This document shows, one piece after another, positions 21,344 to 29,687 of a stretch of DNA of 64,000 nucleotides. This DNA is from an uncultured Desulfatitalea sp. (lineage in GTDB: Bacteria > Desulfobacterota > Desulfobacteria > Desulfobacterales > Desulfosarcinaceae): positions 992,001-1,056,000 of the forward strand of contig CAXXMB010000001.1 of the NCBI GenBank assembly GCA_963668675.2, read 5' to 3'. A program made the translations under genes and the position numbers. The notes under the pieces were generated by a model. It saw only the letters and a program-made list of their open reading frames with translations, was not told where the DNA came from and ran no database searches. Numbering within the stretch: the stretch's first letter is position 1; each line of letters starts with the position of its first letter.

Positions 21344-21874
21344 TTAGTGATTGTGTACTTTATAAAAAACGGCCGTATCACGTATGAGTATCCACGTCCT
21401 AAGAACGACAAAGATTAAGTCCAGCCCCTTTTGATCGCAGCCGCCGGGACGGTCCTGTTCTATCCTCTCGTTTAGGGAGATGACCTCCTTTGCGAGTGTA
21501 GGGACTTTCTGGCTGTCGGTCGCGTGGACATAGGCACCGGTCTTGCGGATCTCCGGGAGAACCTCGTGGGTGACCCAACGCTTGAAGGTCTTGGCCTTGA
21601 GCTTGCGGGAACGCATGATCAGGGAATACAGGCCTGGTTCGTTGATGATAAGACGGGATCCATTGTCTCCACCTCGGCCAGGTGTTTGGAGGTCGGTTAA
21701 AACGACCTTCGATTTTTCATCATGATCCAGGCGGGATACAGCATGTTTAGCTTCCAGCCCCAACACCTCACAAACATCCTTAGCCACCCACCACGGTTCC
21801 CCCTTCTCATCCTGGATCATGGTGATGTCGTAGTTCTCACCGAGGATGCTGGGGTCGTAGACATTTCCCATCAC
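21344..21874 (-). pseudogene. BRO-N antirepressor-like gene, apparently truncated
   Basis: EPWWVAKDVCEVLG, INEPGLYSLIMRSRK, FKRWVTHEVLPEIRKTGAY; similarity breaks off after EQDRP. Confidence 0.7.
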
Positions 21875-22583
21875 CGAAGGTTCTTATATCAAGACCATAT
21901 TCTTCTGCTAAGATAATCATATCACCAGAGCCAGCATAAGAGCCATATCCGAGACGCATGGTTCCATCTTGTATGCTGAACCCACACAGGTCGAAAACCA
22001 CCCAAGCAAGGAAGGACAGAATATCAGCCACTGCCTGTAATGAATGCTTCGGCTCGAATATACTAAAATAGATAGGGTAATCTCTTGACTTTGTTTTCTT
22101 CACAACAATCTCAACATCCTTTTTATCAGGGGTGAGGCGTCCTCCTGCTTTTCTTGGTTTTGGATGAACGAATTCATTACGACACCTAACAACCTCCTTA
22201 ATTTTGGCATATAGATCATTTCCCCTGTCCAGCTGCTTGCCAAGTGAAGTGCAAAAAATCTCGAACTTTAAAAGTGTAGGTAACTTCTCAAGGTCCGAAT
22301 AAAGAGCACTGCTTGTTCCCATCCCCAAAAGAAGTGCGTTGGCTGCGGCCTCTAATGCGTTTGATGCAAGAAGAAACGAGTATCTACATTGCATGGCTGA
22401 TTCTACGTACATGCTATAGCGGTGGTGGTCATCCTCCTCGTATTGTCGAGCCTCTTCGAGATATGATAAACCAGACCTGAGTGCTGAAAAAGCCTCGCAC
22501 ATATACTCATGGTAGGTATCAATTGTGATGAATGGTTCTTTCATAGTTTGAGGCCGAACATTGATATCGAAGACACGTCTCAT
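21837..22583 (-). CDS. HEPN-motif protein (putative RNase, toxin/defence)
   Basis: ALEAAAN plus RNEFVH (RxxxxH) motif; AT-rich cargo. Confidence 0.65.
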   Translation of the reverse strand: MRRVFDINVRPQTMKEPFITIDTYHEYMCEAFSALRSGLSYLEEARQYEEDDHHRYSMYVESAMQCRYSFLLASNALEAAANALLLGMGTSSALYSDLEKLPTLLKFEIFCTSLGKQLDRGNDLYAKIKEVVRCRNEFVHPKPRKAGGRLTPDKKDVEIVVKKTKSRDYPIYFSIFEPKHSLQAVADILSFLAWVVFDLCGFSIQDGTMRLGYGSYAGSGDMIILAEEYGLDIRTFGDGKCLRPQHPR

Positions 22584-22926
22584 TTCGGTAATAGATATGC
22601 AGAGGCTATCCCAGGGGTTTGGTATGTGTCAAAACCTTTCCGAACTCCTCGAATGCGATACCTAAGCCTCTCTCTTGTCAATCCTGAGCCACCATAGACC
22701 ACCTCGACTTCTGATATTTACGTAGGGTCGATATTTGACACATCTTTCCTGTTGCGTACCTGTACGGTATCGTACTTATATATTTGTATTTATTAAATAT
22801 TTTATCTTGACAGCCTTCTCCTTTCCATCTATAAAAAACACCAGACAATCGGAACCGATGGCCCGGGACCATCTCGCTTCAGCCGCACCATAGCCACGCT
22901 CGACCCTTTATGAGGAGGTAAGCCGA

Positions 22927-23181
22927 ATGAAAATAGATGTCGTCACAAATGGACAACACCGGCAGCAGCAACAAGAGCAACAGGTGGAGCTCGAGCTCAT
23001 ACCCGGCCAAGGTATCTTTATCGAGTATCAAAACGGAAACGGGAGATGGGAAGGCAGAGAAGCAGACAGCCTCTACTATCGGTGGGAAGACCTGAGCGGA
23101 GATATTCAGGAGAAGTTACAGAAGCTCAACGACAACTTTAGCAAACAGATCAAAGAGGCCTTTTCTATTCTCTCACCTTAG
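22927..23181 (+). CDS. Hypothetical protein
   Basis: 84 aa, RBS GAGGAGGT, convergent with the integrase. Confidence 0.65.
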   Translation: MKIDVVTNGQHRQQQQEQQVELELIPGQGIFIEYQNGNGRWEGREADSLYYRWEDLSGDIQEKLQKLNDNFSKQIKEAFSILSP

Positions 23182-23296
23182 CGTAGGTGTGCGGCTGTGG
23201 ACATGGGGAAAGGCCGGGGGGAGAAGGGCTCCATGGTAACTGGTGGGTGTCCCGTGGAGGCCTTACCCTTCTACTCCCCCTTGGCCTTATCCCGTT

Positions 23297-24421
23297 TTAT
23301 CCAACAGAGGGAAACACTTCATCAGCGACACTCACAGCCCTCCTCAACGCCCCATTGATCAAATGAGCATACCGCTGGGTCATGTCCAAGCTACGGTGCC
23401 CCAGGAGCTCTTTGAGTGTATAGATGTCGACCTTTCCAGATGATGCCAGGTATGAGGCATAAGTGTGTCGGAGGTCATGGAACCGAAAGCGCTTAAGCTC
23501 TGCCTTCTTGCGGATCCTCTTCCAAACACAGTCAAAGCTGTGGAAATAATTGCCTGTCAGAGACGGGAAGACCCACTGTGACACCTTCAGCTCCTCGCAT
23601 CGCTTGAGAACTGTCAAGGCGTTATCCCCCACCGGCAGCACCTGTGTCCGGTTGTTCTTTGTGGTCTCGGTCTTAAAGGAGACGTATCCATTGATAACGT
23701 CGACGCTATCCCAGGTTAGCTTAAGGATTTCCCCTCTCCTCTTCCCTGTATAAAGGGCAAACTTGATGACCAGCACCGCCCTTTCGTTTGAATCCCAGGA
23801 GTCGAGGGTTTCCGATAGACGCCCAAGCTCATCCCCTGAGAGTGCCCTGGTGACCTTGTTGTCGAACTTGGGTATCTCAGCTTTGCCACAAGGGTTCGGG
23901 ATGGTGTCCGGGCAGATGCCCTGCTTCATGCTCCAGTTGTAAAGCCGCCGTATGAGGGCGTATACCTGCTTGATAGTCGAAGGACGGTATGGCCTTTCTG
24001 TCCGAGGAGAGACGGACACCTTCATAGTATCGAGGACGGCCTGGATTTCAGCGGGGCGTATCTTATCCATTCGCTTGCTGCCGAGTGTCGGCTTGATGTG
24101 ATGACCCCACCGCTGTTTATCGTCTTTCCAGCTCCTCTTGTTGGTTTCGGCCCATTTGGCGTAGGAATTCCATGCAACGGAGAGTATCGGGAATGGCTGG
24201 AGGTCGAACACCTGAACTTCAACCTTCATGGTCCTGAACTTGCCCTCAACATTTTGGGCTGTCTCCAGGGAGTCTACAACCTGCAATTTGCGCTTGCCGT
24301 TTGGCATCCTAACACTAACCCGATATTTTCGCCGTTTCTCCAAGTTAGCGCCACAAACACACCGCTTCTTTCCAAGCTTGAATTCCTTTTTACAGTCGAG
24401 ACATCTAACAAAAATGGCCAT
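23297..24421 (-). CDS. Tyrosine recombinase/integrase
   Basis: TGKRRGEI (R), HDLRH, LLGH and TQRYAH catalytic motifs; adjacent to attR. Confidence 0.95.
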   Translation of the reverse strand: MAIFVRCLDCKKEFKLGKKRCVCGANLEKRRKYRVSVRMPNGKRKLQVVDSLETAQNVEGKFRTMKVEVQVFDLQPFPILSVAWNSYAKWAETNKRSWKDDKQRWGHHIKPTLGSKRMDKIRPAEIQAVLDTMKVSVSPRTERPYRPSTIKQVYALIRRLYNWSMKQGICPDTIPNPCGKAEIPKFDNKVTRALSGDELGRLSETLDSWDSNERAVLVIKFALYTGKRRGEILKLTWDSVDVINGYVSFKTETTKNNRTQVLPVGDNALTVLKRCEELKVSQWVFPSLTGNYFHSFDCVWKRIRKKAELKRFRFHDLRHTYASYLASSGKVDIYTLKELLGHRSLDMTQRYAHLINGALRRAVSVADEVFPSVG

Positions 24422-24435
24422 CCGAACCTCCTTTA

Positions 24436-24457
24436 GGGTGTGTAAATAGGGTGTAAT
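24436..24457 (+). repeat. Putative integrase arm-type site (right)
   Basis: GGGTGTGTAAATAGGGTGTAAT, 21/22 identical to 12303-12324. Confidence 0.6.
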
Positions 24458-24598
24458 CAGACCCCCTAAAGGTGTCTTTCAGGCCACTTTTGGACGGCAT
24501 CGGTTCCCAGGTCGAGCGCCTCTGGAACCTACATGACCGCCCTATTCTCCCTTTAATTACAATTCCTTAAGAACTTCCCCCTGACACCAAACGGAAAA

Positions 24599-24675
24599 GC
24601 GCCTGTAGCTCAGCTGGATAGAGTGCCGGACTACGAATCCGTAGGTCGCAGGTTCGAATCCTGCCAGGCGCGCCA
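24599..24675 (+). tRNA. tRNA-Arg(ACG), right copy (attR), full length
   Basis: Identical to 12159-12235. Confidence 0.93.
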
Positions 24676-24682
24676 TTTTTTT

Positions 24683-24719
24683 AAAAGGGGTTCAAGGTCT
24701 TTCCTTGAGCCCCTTTTTT
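24683..24719 (+). terminator. Intrinsic terminator after right tRNA-Arg
   Basis: AAAAGGGGTTCAAGG...CCTTGAGCCCCTTTTTT. Confidence 0.75.
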
Positions 24720-24885
24720 GTCTGGTGGGTGCGATTACTCTTTAACTACCAATTCTACGCGCCGATTCTGTGCTTTCCCAGTAGTGGTTTCATTAGGCGC
24801 AATTGGTTTAGACTCACCATAACCAGCTGTAAAAAGGCGAGAGGAAGAGATGCCTGCGGTAACCAAATATGCTTTTACCGATTCA

Positions 24886-24936
24886 TGTAAGGTGTCACTC
24901 GGTTTGAAACCTCGTGACGGATGGTTTGAAACCTCG
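24886..24936 (+). repeat. Putative prophage terminus with transposase-binding repeats
   Basis: TGTAAGGTGTCAC start; GGTTTGAAACCTCG at 24901-24914 and 24923-24936; degenerate copy TGTAAGGTGCCAC...GTTTGA from 25042. Confidence 0.65.
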
Positions 24937-25101
24937 GTTTCAGATCGTAATAAACAAAAACGCTAACTTTCATTGTTTATAGCAAAGGCCCTTTTGCCGA
25001 TTAAAAACGCCTCCTGTAGCCCATGGATATATCAGAACCAATGTAAGGTGCCACATAGTTTGATCTATAGTTTATTGCGATATCTTTACTATACCAATTT
25101 A

Positions 25102-25986
25102 TTATTTTTTGGAAAGGCGCTTAAGCATACCACCATATTCATTTATCAATGACTTCAATGGCTCGGCCCCTCTGTAGAAGACTTCAGAATCAAACCCATG
25201 TTTGGGTGTTAATCCAGTATATTTTCTTATTGCTTTCATCTCCTTTATAGGAACTTCTTTTGTCCAACCGGGAAATCCAATAGTACCTACCCTTTTTTCA
25301 CTTGTATATCCCTCCCCTAAACCAAGCAGTTTTCGCCTCTTTTCAATCCTAATAACATCAATATAGTTCTTGTGCGGATTATCAATTTTGAAATTAAATT
25401 GAGATAGTATCGAATTAAGTTGGTGGTAGGTAATTATATAATATCTTTTATCAATATTTCGGGTGTTTTTTCTAAAATATTCTGACACAAAGTAAATCTC
25501 GCCATCATTATCCTTTTTATAGGGCCTGTACCTTCGGTATAAATCCAATTTATGATCTGCTACGCGGATTGCAATTTTTTCAAGCTCTTTATGTTTTATC
25601 TTAGGTGTTCTGTTCATCTTTTGTAAGTAATATAATACAGAAAGCATTGCTGTACGTTTATTGCAATCATGGAATGGGTGATTTTTTATCAATCCATAGA
25701 ATAGCGTAGCCAGTCTTTCATACTCTGTTTTCCATTTATACTCTTCACCAAAAGATGTAACTTGTCGTGCTATAGCTGAGGACAAAAGATTTAAATCTCG
25801 TGGTCCAACACCACCTATGGCTTTTTCACCATCTCTTTCGTCATAAAAATAATCGACAATTGAAAAATGGGCATCAAGAACATCAACAATAGTTATTGCG
25901 CAAGAATCGAACTGTTCACATTCATCAGCACACAACTCTATCCATCTGTTGTATTCATTTCTAACATCTGGATTCACAAATTCCAT
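25102..25986 (-). CDS. Fic/Doc-family protein with C-terminal extension
   Basis: GPRDLNLLSSA and HPFHDCNKRTA (Doc-type Fic motif). Confidence 0.85.
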   Translation of the reverse strand: MEFVNPDVRNEYNRWIELCADECEQFDSCAITIVDVLDAHFSIVDYFYDERDGEKAIGGVGPRDLNLLSSAIARQVTSFGEEYKWKTEYERLATLFYGLIKNHPFHDCNKRTAMLSVLYYLQKMNRTPKIKHKELEKIAIRVADHKLDLYRRYRPYKKDNDGEIYFVSEYFRKNTRNIDKRYYIITYHQLNSILSQFNFKIDNPHKNYIDVIRIEKRRKLLGLGEGYTSEKRVGTIGFPGWTKEVPIKEMKAIRKYTGLTPKHGFDSEVFYRGAEPLKSLINEYGGMLKRLSKK

Positions 25987-26040
25987 TCAAGTAGTTCCTT
26001 AACTCTCCATATTACATTCAATAATTGTCTTCAGCCAAGA

Positions 26041-26487
26041 TTATCCTAAAAATCTACAAACTTTTGAACGCAACTCATCTGATTTTTTTGTTTGACACTC
26101 CCAAATGATTAGGCATTCCCAGCCCAAATGTTCTAACTCAGATAGTTTTTTCTTGTCTCTTTCTATGTTTTTTACAAATTTTTCCTCCCAAAAAGCTTTC
26201 CTTGTTTTTGGCATTGTGGCCTTCTTACATCCTTCATGTCTGTGCCAAAAACATCCATGAACAAAAATGACCTTTTTGCGTCCTGGGAAAACTATATCTG
26301 GAGTTCCTGGCAGATTCTTTCGTTGAAGCCTATATCTATAGCCCAATGAATGTAGCAGCTTTCTAACTTTTATTTCAGGAGTGGTATTCGCGCCCTTTAT
26401 TCGAGCCATCAGGGCACTTCTGAATGCCGAAGGAGGTGGGTCTTTAGTTAGCTTCTGTTCCTGGGGGGGCATAGTCTTCAATCGCAT
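26041..26487 (-). CDS. vsr: Very short patch repair endonuclease
   Basis: RSALMARIK, TTPE, LPGTPD, FVHGCFWH, IWEC. Confidence 0.93.
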   Translation of the reverse strand: MRLKTMPPQEQKLTKDPPPSAFRSALMARIKGANTTPEIKVRKLLHSLGYRYRLQRKNLPGTPDIVFPGRKKVIFVHGCFWHRHEGCKKATMPKTRKAFWEEKFVKNIERDKKKLSELEHLGWECLIIWECQTKKSDELRSKVCRFLG

Positions 26488-28423
26488 TAATTATATCAGA
26501 TAGCCTATCTACAGTCTTTCTTTTTACCAAATAATCGTTATATGCAGCATATGCATCTTCTATAAGTGAATCGTAGAGTACTATCCTGGCATTTAGCGGG
26601 TTAAGTGTATCTTTCACCTGTTTCTTGCCACCTGGGCCATGCCATTCTTTGGGATACTCACTCAATAGGCAAATAAACTCAACGGGTTCATTATCTTTTT
26701 GCATCTTTTGAAGAATTTTCAACATTCCAGCTCTATATTTATTAATTTGTTTCGCTAGCTCATAAAGGTCAACCTTTCGACCAGGTCGTTTTAGTTCGAT
26801 TATAACATGCTCCCCAGCTGTCTTTCTGTATTTTATATCAATTCTAGCAGATTTTTCCTTGGCCGTTAGCTTAGCTCCTACCGACTTAAATAATTTGCTT
26901 ACTCGCTGTTCCATCACTGGTGGTGCGTCAACTCGCTCCCAATGTGGGTCAATCAACCAAAGGTGATCAAATATGTATTCTTGAATAACCTTTTCCAATG
27001 ATTTCTTATCTACCTTTTCGTGAAGTGCCCTAATTACAGCAATCCTTTGCTGTACGATTTGCCCGTAAAGGTTGGCCTCTAATCCATCCAACTCCTTAAA
27101 TATCTCCATAGCGGCGGGCAAATTTTCATCATCTATCTCTTCAAGTCTTTCCAAGTTTTCATTGCAGCGATAAAATTCAAATGCAAGTACCGAATGTTTT
27201 ATAAGTTGTTTTTGTTCATCTATCTCGTCAGTTTTAAGCCTATTAATTTTCCCAAGCCACTTTTTTGCTCGAGGTCGTATTGCTTTGGGAAGACCTTTGA
27301 TCCAATTGTTTACAGCTGGTATCTCGAGAGCTTTTCTTGCCCCTGCTTCAGTCCTCCATTCACTCCATTTATTTTGTATATGTTTTAGTTCATCTCCAAT
27401 TATTTTTTTTAATTGAACATATCTCGGATCATCTTCAACAATGCGCTGCCTGCTGCTTGTGGCAGCATCCTCCTCACCATCAAGATCTAATTCGTCTACC
27501 TTTATCTCTCCAATCAGATAACTGGCGTAAACACCCCTTTCGGTATAATCAGCAAGTATATCCTCTTGAGCCATCTTTCCTCTTACGTATATGGCGATTC
27601 GGTTTAGATTATCACCTTCTTCATCACGTAAATTTCGACTCTCCTTTACTGTAGCTAGCCATCCTGAAATAGCAGGTTTTCGATTCTTAACAAAAGTTGA
27701 TCGATCCTCTTTTTCCTCATGGTTTATACAGTTCTTGATAATTTCCTTTTGATCACCATAGGTCCATATATATTGTATTTTCTTATAATAATCTCGGTCT
27801 GAAGGTGTTATCTCGTCTTTATTTATATAGACCCTAAAATCATTGGTTGGCCCTATAATTGAAAAGCGTCTTGCAAGGCGTCTCCTCAACGCCATTGATG
27901 TCCCTAATGTCTGACGCCTTCTCAGCTTTTTGAGAATAATATGAGTACCCTGTTTGACTTTAATCGACTTAGTATCAATTGGATTGGGTTCATATGTACC
28001 TGATCCACTTTTTATTTTTTCTCGAATGTCTTCAAGTTTCATTCTGAAGGCATTTTTGTCTCCATTTTTCACAGTATAGACTTCGATAATATCAGCGATG
28101 GAGAATAGCGAGAGTTTCCCAATTCCCTTACGCCCCATTGGGGCTCTTCCTTTTTCTGTGAGTTCTCCTTGCTCGTCTCGCCTTCTATATCCAACCAGCA
28201 GGAATCTCTCATTAACTTCCTGACCAGTCATGCCGATACCATCATCCTTGATTTCAATTCTGTTGCTGGCACGGTCAGTGGTGATATCCACCCTCGATGC
28301 ATCGGCATCCCAAGAATTAGCAACCACCTCTGAAAGAACAGATGGTACGTTACTATAGAGATTGATTCCTAAATGCTCCAGCACATTTAGGCTCAATTTC
28401 ATGTTGTAATACGGCTTTGCCAT
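26444..28423 (-). CDS. Restriction endonuclease with N-terminal GHKL ATPase and C-terminal PD-(D/E)XK domain (HgiDII/BbrUII-like)
   Basis: EVVANSWDADA, DDGIGM, GRKGIGK GHKL motifs; RIDI...IIELKRP nuclease motif; family name from recall. Confidence 0.8.
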   Translation of the reverse strand: MAKPYYNMKLSLNVLEHLGINLYSNVPSVLSEVVANSWDADASRVDITTDRASNRIEIKDDGIGMTGQEVNERFLLVGYRRRDEQGELTEKGRAPMGRKGIGKLSLFSIADIIEVYTVKNGDKNAFRMKLEDIREKIKSGSGTYEPNPIDTKSIKVKQGTHIILKKLRRRQTLGTSMALRRRLARRFSIIGPTNDFRVYINKDEITPSDRDYYKKIQYIWTYGDQKEIIKNCINHEEKEDRSTFVKNRKPAISGWLATVKESRNLRDEEGDNLNRIAIYVRGKMAQEDILADYTERGVYASYLIGEIKVDELDLDGEEDAATSSRQRIVEDDPRYVQLKKIIGDELKHIQNKWSEWRTEAGARKALEIPAVNNWIKGLPKAIRPRAKKWLGKINRLKTDEIDEQKQLIKHSVLAFEFYRCNENLERLEEIDDENLPAAMEIFKELDGLEANLYGQIVQQRIAVIRALHEKVDKKSLEKVIQEYIFDHLWLIDPHWERVDAPPVMEQRVSKLFKSVGAKLTAKEKSARIDIKYRKTAGEHVIIELKRPGRKVDLYELAKQINKYRAGMLKILQKMQKDNEPVEFICLLSEYPKEWHGPGGKKQVKDTLNPLNARIVLYDSLIEDAYAAYNDYLVKRKTVDRLSDIINAIEDYAPPGTEAN

Positions 28424-29528
28424 TTGATTTGGCCCTTTTCAAATGATGTTTTATCGTCCTGGCTATAGCTTGTGCTAAGGCGACCGGTACGGCGTTCCCT
28501 ATCATACGACCAATATGATTAATGTTTATTTTTTCCCCTGGTCCACAAAATTCATATTCGGAAGGAAAAGATTGTAGTATGGCACCCTCGCGAAGGGATA
28601 ATGCCCTATCTTGCTCAGGATGTCCGAAACGACCATTGCCAAATCCATAGAATTGCGTGGTAATCGTTGGTGAGGGTTCATTCCATCCCATCCGGCCATA
28701 TACTGATGAATACCCTTTGCCAGATTCGCGTTTATGGCATTTCGTAACGAGTTTTGGATTCCAATCTTTCCATGTACCTCCGGGTTTAGAAGCTTTTATT
28801 CTTCTAAGATTTATCTTCGATAGCCTGCTGCAACGATGCATCACATCATTGACTGAGGTTTCTCCCGATTCTATTTTTGAAAGATTTCCAATAGCATCCC
28901 TGACTGTTATGTAACTATTTTTAGAATGAGTTGGTTGCTCTAATCTAATCTCTCCAAGCAACGAAGCCAAAAGAACTAATCTGGTCCGGCTTTGCGGAAC
29001 TCCATAGTCAGGGCAAAAAACATTCTTCCACCAAACGGAGTACCCAATATCTCTAAGAGTATTTACGAATCCTTTAAATAAAGACCCCTGCCTAAATTTC
29101 TCAAGCCGCGGGACATTTTCCATTGAGACTATTTCAGGCTTGACTTCGGATATCAAACGCCCAAAATGTTTTAATAAATTCCATTGAGGATCATCGTTTT
29201 TTTGATTGTAAAGGGAGAACGGTTGACAAGGCGCACACCCAACTAATATGCGTGGCACTCCATCAAAAAATTCGTTGTTAAGTTCTTTCCCAGATAGTTT
29301 CGATATGTCTCTGCTTACAAACGGGGCTTCATTGTTTGTCTCAAAAGCGTAACGACATTTTTCGTCGAGATCTATTCCGCATGCAATTGGGAATCCTTCC
29401 AAATAAAACCCGTGCGACAAACCGCCGACTCCGCAGAACAAATCAATTACAGAAGCTACTACAGAGCTATGTGGTGCCTTATTACGCGACCTGATTCGCT
29501 TTTTTATTCTCGGCTTAATCATATTCAT
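28353..29528 (-). CDS. DNA (cytosine-5)-methyltransferase
   Basis: DLFCGVGG, PCQPFS, ENV, QSRTR, LQSFP and GNAV motifs. Confidence 0.95.
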   Translation of the reverse strand: MNMIKPRIKKRIRSRNKAPHSSVVASVIDLFCGVGGLSHGFYLEGFPIACGIDLDEKCRYAFETNNEAPFVSRDISKLSGKELNNEFFDGVPRILVGCAPCQPFSLYNQKNDDPQWNLLKHFGRLISEVKPEIVSMENVPRLEKFRQGSLFKGFVNTLRDIGYSVWWKNVFCPDYGVPQSRTRLVLLASLLGEIRLEQPTHSKNSYITVRDAIGNLSKIESGETSVNDVMHRCSRLSKINLRRIKASKPGGTWKDWNPKLVTKCHKRESGKGYSSVYGRMGWNEPSPTITTQFYGFGNGRFGHPEQDRALSLREGAILQSFPSEYEFCGPGEKININHIGRMIGNAVPVALAQAIARTIKHHLKRAKSNGKAVLQHEIEPKCAGAFRNQSL

Positions 29529-29687
29529 TCATCACTAATCAGTGAACAAAATTAAGAGACCAAAATACTTGTGGCTTTTGGTCTCCTTGTTTGTTTTTAC
29601 AATCGAATGTAGAGCAACTAAATGAAAACCAGAATACGGCTAAAATAGCATAAAATTTTCAATATATTAATCAAAAAATTAAAGTTG

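Larger units (their letters stand above)
12159..24689. mobile_element. tRNA-Arg-integrated element (~12.4 kb), satellite/IME-like
   Basis: 91-bp direct repeat 12159-12249 = 24599-24689; tyrosine integrase next to the right repeat; no recognisable capsid, tail or T4SS genes. Confidence 0.9.

Noticed and set aside
12159..24689. Island as a satellite of the adjacent Mu-like prophage
   Set aside because: No Mu-type end repeats or shared motifs seen in the island; adjacency alone is insufficient, though not excluded
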